Below are positions 59,245 to 64,000 of a stretch of DNA of 64,000 nt, in pieces. The notes beneath the pieces were generated by a model that was not told the origin of the DNA, made no database searches, and saw nothing but the letters and a program-made list of their open reading frames with translations. This DNA comes from Piromyces finnis finn (taxonomy: Eukaryota; Fungi; Neocallimastigomycota), in the NCBI GenBank assembly GCA_002104945.1, contig MCFH01000089.1, forward strand, positions 1 to 64,000, in the 5' to 3' direction. The translations under genes were made by a program, and so were the position numbers. Within the stretch, counting starts at the first letter, position 1. Each line of letters opens with the position of its first letter.

Positions 59245-59685
59245 ATGAATATAGAATCTTCTAAGATTACTCATCAATTAAAAGGAAACTGTTTCAGTTA
59301 TGATAAAAGTATACATCAGCAAATTCACTATAAATTGTTAAGTACTACTACTGGAAAGTATAATAATTCACTATACATTAATGAATTTATTAACTTTTTG
59401 AAGATTCATGTATTTCAACATAGTGAATCCAATGAAAACGAAAATCGATTCAGTAAATTAAACATTCCTATGCTATATTTAATTTTTATTATTAAAAATT
59501 ATGAATATCCGAACTTCCATTCCAGTGACATTAATAATACTAATTATAGAGATAAAATTAATGAACTTTTAAAAAACATTATAAGAATGGACAAGGATGA
59601 GAGTTACATGGAATATGCTTTTGATATTATACGCTATTTATATATATATAATTTAATTGCTAATGATAAATATATTTCATTATAA
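59245..59685 (+). CDS. Hypothetical protein (viral block)
   Basis: 146-aa ORF ending 79 bp upstream of PolB on the same strand. Confidence 0.55.
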   Translation: MNIESSKITHQLKGNCFSYDKSIHQQIHYKLLSTTTGKYNNSLYINEFINFLKIHVFQHSESNENENRFSKLNIPMLYLIFIIKNYEYPNFHSSDINNTNYRDKINELLKNIIRMDKDESYMEYAFDIIRYLYIYNLIANDKYISL

Positions 59686-59764
59686 TTATATAATTATAAT
59701 TGATTTTTTATTTTTAATACATATTTTAGTAAACACATAATTTTATAGAACACATATTTTTATT

Positions 59765-62700
59765 ATGGCATTAACCTGTTTTATCTATAATTGGGAATTA
59801 TTCATTAACGATGATTCTCCCATTATTATCGGATTTGGTTATAACGAAAATAATAATAAAATAGCAATTGTTATTAAAGATTTTCCTTTGTTTAAATATT
59901 CTGAGTCTTTAAATATAAGTTTCAATTATATTAATAATAAAAAAGAAATTTTACAAAAAAAGTTATTGCGTCATTATCTTGATGGGGAAAAGAAAATTTA
60001 TAAAGTGTATTTTAAAAAATATTCGGAATATGCTTCATTTCATTCGACACTGTTTAATGTTGATATAGTGTCATCTTTTCTTTCAACTCAAAATCTAGAT
60101 ACCATTGGATGGGTTTATTCAAATATATATCGAAAAAATGAATCAGAACAATATACCACTTTTAATATGGAATACATCATCAGCTATAAAGATATTCATA
60201 CAAAAAATGTCGACCATTATCCAGATCCTTCCATATTGTCATTTGATATTGAATGTATGTCACACGATTTTGAATCATTTCCAAATTGCTATTTATATAA
60301 TGATTTTATATCTACTATTAGTATTGTATATCATTATAAAGATATTCAAAAAAATATTGCTATTTGTGTAAAATACAAAAACAAAAATAATATAGTAAGT
60401 CAATCACAATTAAATGAAATAGATCCTTCATTCATATCCTTTATAGATATTGAAAAGTTTAATAATTCATGTAAAGATTTTATATTTTTTGATGAGAAAA
60501 TTAAAAATGAAAACAATAATGAAAATTTATTACTTAATAATAATAAAGATGATTCATGTTCTACAGAATTAGGTAAATTAGCTGATATTAAGAGCAATGT
60601 AGTAGTTGCTGAAGAAAATAATAAAGTGAATAATGTAAATAGTAATATAAATGATATAAATGATATAAATGATATAAATGATATAAATGATATAAGTGAT
60701 ATAAATGATATAAATAATTTAAATAATTATGATTCAAGTCATACTAATTTAGTTGACAGAATGATTAATATTAATAAATCTACATCAGTTAGTATGGATA
60801 TAAATGATTCTCTTTTTAGTAATAATATCCCTACTACTACTACTATATTATCTTCTTTTTCTAATAATAATAACAACAATCATATTAAAAATAATAGTAA
60901 TAATGAGGTGGAAAATAGATACAATAGACTAAAAAAAATTTTAAGTAACAATAATTGCACATATAATTCCAGTACTAAAAATAGATTTAATAGGTTAAAA
61001 AATATGATTAATAATAGTTTGAGAAATGAAAATTTGATTAAAAATTCACTAAATTGTACTACAAAGAAAGAAGAAAAAGAAAAGGAAGAAGAAAGTTCTT
61101 TAGAATCTATAGAAGAATTTATTGTGAAACATGAAAAATCTAAAAAAGATAAACTTCTAAAAAGCGATATTTTAAAGGATCCATATGATATTATATTTGT
61201 TGAATCTGAATATGATTTAATTTGCGAGTTTTTTAATCAAATTCGGAAATTAGATCCAGACTTAATTATTGGGTATAATACCTTTGGATTCGATTATAAA
61301 TATTTGGCACAAAGAGCTGGTATGTATTCGATTATTGATCAAAAGAGTTCTCCTTTTAAAGCTAATAGAATTTTAAATATGCCAACAAAATTTATGACTA
61401 TCTCCTCAAGTAATGAAGTTGAACTTAAGATACCGGGTAGAATTGCAATAGATATTTTCAAATATGCCAAATCTTTAAATATGCCATCGGCTAGTTTAAA
61501 TTATGTTTCTGAGCAATTATTAAATAAGCATAAAATTGATTTACCCTACAAAGATATGTTTTATTTGATTTACGAGAACACCGACGACTCTTTGAATAAA
61601 GTGGCGATGTATTGTATTATGGATTCCATCCTAACTCTGGAAATATTTAATGTTTCATATCAATGGATCCAGCTCTTGGAGATTGCTAAAACCTCAAGAA
61701 TCCGTGTGGATGAAGTTTATAAAAATGGTCAGAGTAAAAAGTTTGCAAACTTATTATACAAATATTGCTACGACAATGATATTTGTATAGATATTGATAA
61801 TTCGAACATAGTTAGTTATAAAGGTGCTACTGTTATTGAACCATTATCTGGTGTATACAACTACTGTACTATGCTAGATTTCACAAGTTTATATCCAAGT
61901 GTCATCATTACTCATAATATATGCTATACAACATTAATTAACCCTAATGATATTGGGAATTATTCCGAAGATGAATATCATAAGATTGATATAGGCAATA
62001 AATTATACTATTTTACAAAACGACATGTTGGCATCTTACCTCGAATGATGAAGCTGTTGCTTTCAGAAAGAATTCGTTATAAAAACATGATGAAAAAGGC
62101 ATCTGGTTCAGATTATATTATATACGATAAACGTCAATACGCATTGAAGATACAAGCTAACTCTATTTATGGATGTCTTGGTTCAAGTTCCTTAAAGTAT
62201 TTAAGATTCTTACCAGGTGCTGAATGTACCACAGGAATGGGAAGAAACTACTTGAATAAAACTATTGCCTTAATTTGTGAAAATACCAAATTTAGAGTAA
62301 TTTATGGTGATACAGATTCATGTCTTATTGAATATAAGAAGGATATAGAAAGGGAAAGTAATGGAAAAAATCTTGATACTAAAGATTTTGATGTAAATAA
62401 ATTTATTGAAGATTGCAAATTAGTAGCGGAATATGTTACCAATCAATTACCGGAAGGAATGCATTTAAAATATGAAAACACATTCAAAAGAATGCTAATT
62501 CTATCCAAAAAAAAGTATTGTGGTGTTTTAGCAAATACATCGGAATTGTACATTAAAGGGATAGATATTATTAAAAAAAATACTTGTGTTTTTATTAGAG
62601 ATTATTATAAAATATTTTTATATATGATTCTTTTTGATTATCCGGAAAAGCAGATACGTTATAAAGTATTGGAAATGAAAAATAAATTACTTTCTGGGGA

Positions 62701-63061
62701 TGTACCATTAGAAAAGTTATTAATGAAAATGACCATTGGACCAAAGTATGTAAATAAATCCTATTATGTTTTACTATTTGTTAATAATCATAAAATGTAT
62801 AACTTAGATTACAAAATCGGTGAAAAAATTGATTATATAATTATAGATACCAATTCATTCTCATTTAATAAGAATTCAAAATTATTAGGAGACAAAATGA
62901 TATCTTTAGACTTGTATAAAAATATATGTGAAAAGGCTACTAAAAATAAAAATATTAATAAACCTAAGTTAGATTATCATTATTATTACTACCATTATGT
63001 AGAAACAGGGTTTAAAAGTTTACTAAAAGTTTTGAATACCAATATTAGCGATTTATTATAA
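59765..63061 (+). CDS. polB: Family B DNA polymerase (viral type) with proofreading domain and Asn-rich insertion
   Basis: ExoI SFDIEC, ExoII IIGYNTFGFD, ExoIII YCIMDS, motif A LDFTSLYPS, motif B ALKIQANSIYG, motif C YGDTDS, KKKYCG. Confidence 0.97.
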   Translation: MALTCFIYNWELFINDDSPIIIGFGYNENNNKIAIVIKDFPLFKYSESLNISFNYINNKKEILQKKLLRHYLDGEKKIYKVYFKKYSEYASFHSTLFNVDIVSSFLSTQNLDTIGWVYSNIYRKNESEQYTTFNMEYIISYKDIHTKNVDHYPDPSILSFDIECMSHDFESFPNCYLYNDFISTISIVYHYKDIQKNIAICVKYKNKNNIVSQSQLNEIDPSFISFIDIEKFNNSCKDFIFFDEKIKNENNNENLLLNNNKDDSCSTELGKLADIKSNVVVAEENNKVNNVNSNINDINDINDINDINDISDINDINNLNNYDSSHTNLVDRMININKSTSVSMDINDSLFSNNIPTTTTILSSFSNNNNNNHIKNNSNNEVENRYNRLKKILSNNNCTYNSSTKNRFNRLKNMINNSLRNENLIKNSLNCTTKKEEKEKEEESSLESIEEFIVKHEKSKKDKLLKSDILKDPYDIIFVESEYDLICEFFNQIRKLDPDLIIGYNTFGFDYKYLAQRAGMYSIIDQKSSPFKANRILNMPTKFMTISSSNEVELKIPGRIAIDIFKYAKSLNMPSASLNYVSEQLLNKHKIDLPYKDMFYLIYENTDDSLNKVAMYCIMDSILTLEIFNVSYQWIQLLEIAKTSRIRVDEVYKNGQSKKFANLLYKYCYDNDICIDIDNSNIVSYKGATVIEPLSGVYNYCTMLDFTSLYPSVIITHNICYTTLINPNDIGNYSEDEYHKIDIGNKLYYFTKRHVGILPRMMKLLLSERIRYKNMMKKASGSDYIIYDKRQYALKIQANSIYGCLGSSSLKYLRFLPGAECTTGMGRNYLNKTIALICENTKFRVIYGDTDSCLIEYKKDIERESNGKNLDTKDFDVNKFIEDCKLVAEYVTNQLPEGMHLKYENTFKRMLILSKKKYCGVLANTSELYIKGIDIIKKNTCVFIRDYYKIFLYMILFDYPEKQIRYKVLEMKNKLLSGDVPLEKLLMKMTIGPKYVNKSYYVLLFVNNHKMYNLDYKIGEKIDYIIIDTNSFSFNKNSKLLGDKMISLDLYKNICEKATKNKNINKPKLDYHYYYYHYVETGFKSLLKVLNTNISDLL

Positions 63062-63578
63062 CCCCTAATGAATAAATTTAAAAATAATTACTTTATATTT
63101 TATCTATTAAATTTTATTTATTTAATTATTTAAAATTTTAATATTTTAATAATTTTTTAAAAATTTATTTTTATTTAAATATATACATATATACATGTAT
63201 ATGTTTATAATTTTTAAAATGAAAAAAAAAAGCACACACACAAATAAAATATTTATAAATGTATAATATAATAATAAATAATTATGTAATTTATGTATAA
63301 ATAAAGATTTATTTTATATTTTTTTTTTAAAAAAAAAAAGATAAATATCAATTATTAAATTCCATTTAAAATAAAATAAATTGTATATACAAAATGTTTA
63401 AATTTAATTACTAATATATATAGTGATATAGTATTATTTACATTTATTTAAATAATAATAATGATATTACAAAAATTAAATTTATTTAATTCTATATGAA
63501 AATAAATTTTAAAAAAATCATAATAGAAAACAATAAATTAAATAATGTAATAGGTGAATTACAAGTTAATATATATTA

Positions 63579-64000
63579 TTACTTTTTATCATTTTCAACA
63601 ATCTCTTCATCTTTTTCGTTAAATGTATTATTATTAAAATTATCATTGTATATTCCAGTAATTAATTTTGAAGATATAGATGTTAATCTATCTTCGACAC
63701 CATAAAATATATTTTGAATTACGCTATAAGGGTCCTCAAAAGATAATTGAGATATAAAAGAATAATTACCTTTTTTCATTCCAAAACGGGACATTGGCAA
63801 AATTGTGTTATCACGACACATAAAATTAGTTAATAATTCTGTATGTTGATTATTATAAGATGAAGAAGAATCGACATTAACAATTCTTTTTAATTGCATT
63901 AAAATATTCTTCTTACGTAATTCAAAATCAATGTCCATTGAATTACCATATACAATATATCTAGACCTATTCTTGTCAATGTATTTGTTATTAAAAAGAG
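63579..64000 (-). CDS. RPB1 C-terminal (A''-like) subunit, 5' end beyond the window
   Basis: The frame is open to 64000. YNNQHTELLTNFM...ILPMSRFGM...SQLSFEDPYSVI...DRLTSISSKLITG aligns with RPB1 YVNYRHLALLCDVM...ITRHG...RCSFEE...D.L.GVSENIMLG. Confidence 0.82.
   Translation of the reverse strand, partial: LFNNKYIDKNRSRYIVYGNSMDIDFELRKKNILMQLKRIVNVDSSSSYNNQHTELLTNFMCRDNTILPMSRFGMKKGNYSFISQLSFEDPYSVIQNIFYGVEDRLTSISSKLITGIYNDNFNNNTFNEKDEEIVENDKK

Larger units (their letters stand above)
44888..64000. mobile_element. Giant endogenous viral element (Nucleocytoviricota-like core gene block), open at the right edge
   Basis: Intronless cluster of UDG, RPB1 (two parts), capping enzyme, RPB2, D5-like helicase and PolB, all strongly diverged from canonical eukaryotic sequences. 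Left boundary uncertain. Confidence 0.85.

Noticed and set aside
60480-61150. Intein in PolB
   Set aside because: The insertion is low-complexity Asn-rich sequence in the exonuclease region, with no C/S start, HN end or LAGLIDADG motif.
44888-64000. Host Pol II/Pol delta genes, or a Polinton/linear-plasmid element
   Set aside because: The motifs are too divergent, intronless and clustered for host genes, and there is no CTD heptad. PolB lacks protein-primed features and has an RNA-primed-type layout, and RPB1 and RPB2 are separate genes.

Overview
Extremely AT-rich eukaryotic DNA. Spliced genes with AT-rich introns, a CBM1 protein, CBM18, expanded ankyrin/GPCR-type families and prokaryote-like intronless genes point to an anaerobic gut fungus (Neocallimastigomycota; inference). 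Four blocks: (1) 1-17.6 kb, host genes: a spliced beta-helix/EGF/7TM receptor, a double-domain Stealth phosphotransferase, a prokaryote-type NSS transporter and a CBM1 protein. (2) 18-32.3 kb, a three-layer retrotransposon nest: a Copia remnant hit by Ty3/gypsy chromovirus A, which is interrupted in gag by related chromovirus B (ACCAG TSD). Both carry a Tf1-type self-priming PBS, and element A has non-matching flanks. (3) 32.3-44.6 kb, an intronless cluster of secreted and ankyrin proteins with mirror symmetry, including a truncated toxin-like protein with a KR-flanked cationic peptide. (4) 44.9 kb to the window end, a Nucleocytoviricota-like core block: UDG, RPB1 split into two distant genes, trifunctional mRNA capping enzyme, RPB2, D5-type helicase and PolB. 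This is best read as a giant endogenous viral element that runs off the right edge; no capsid or packaging gene is visible here. All family calls are by motif recognition, with no database search.
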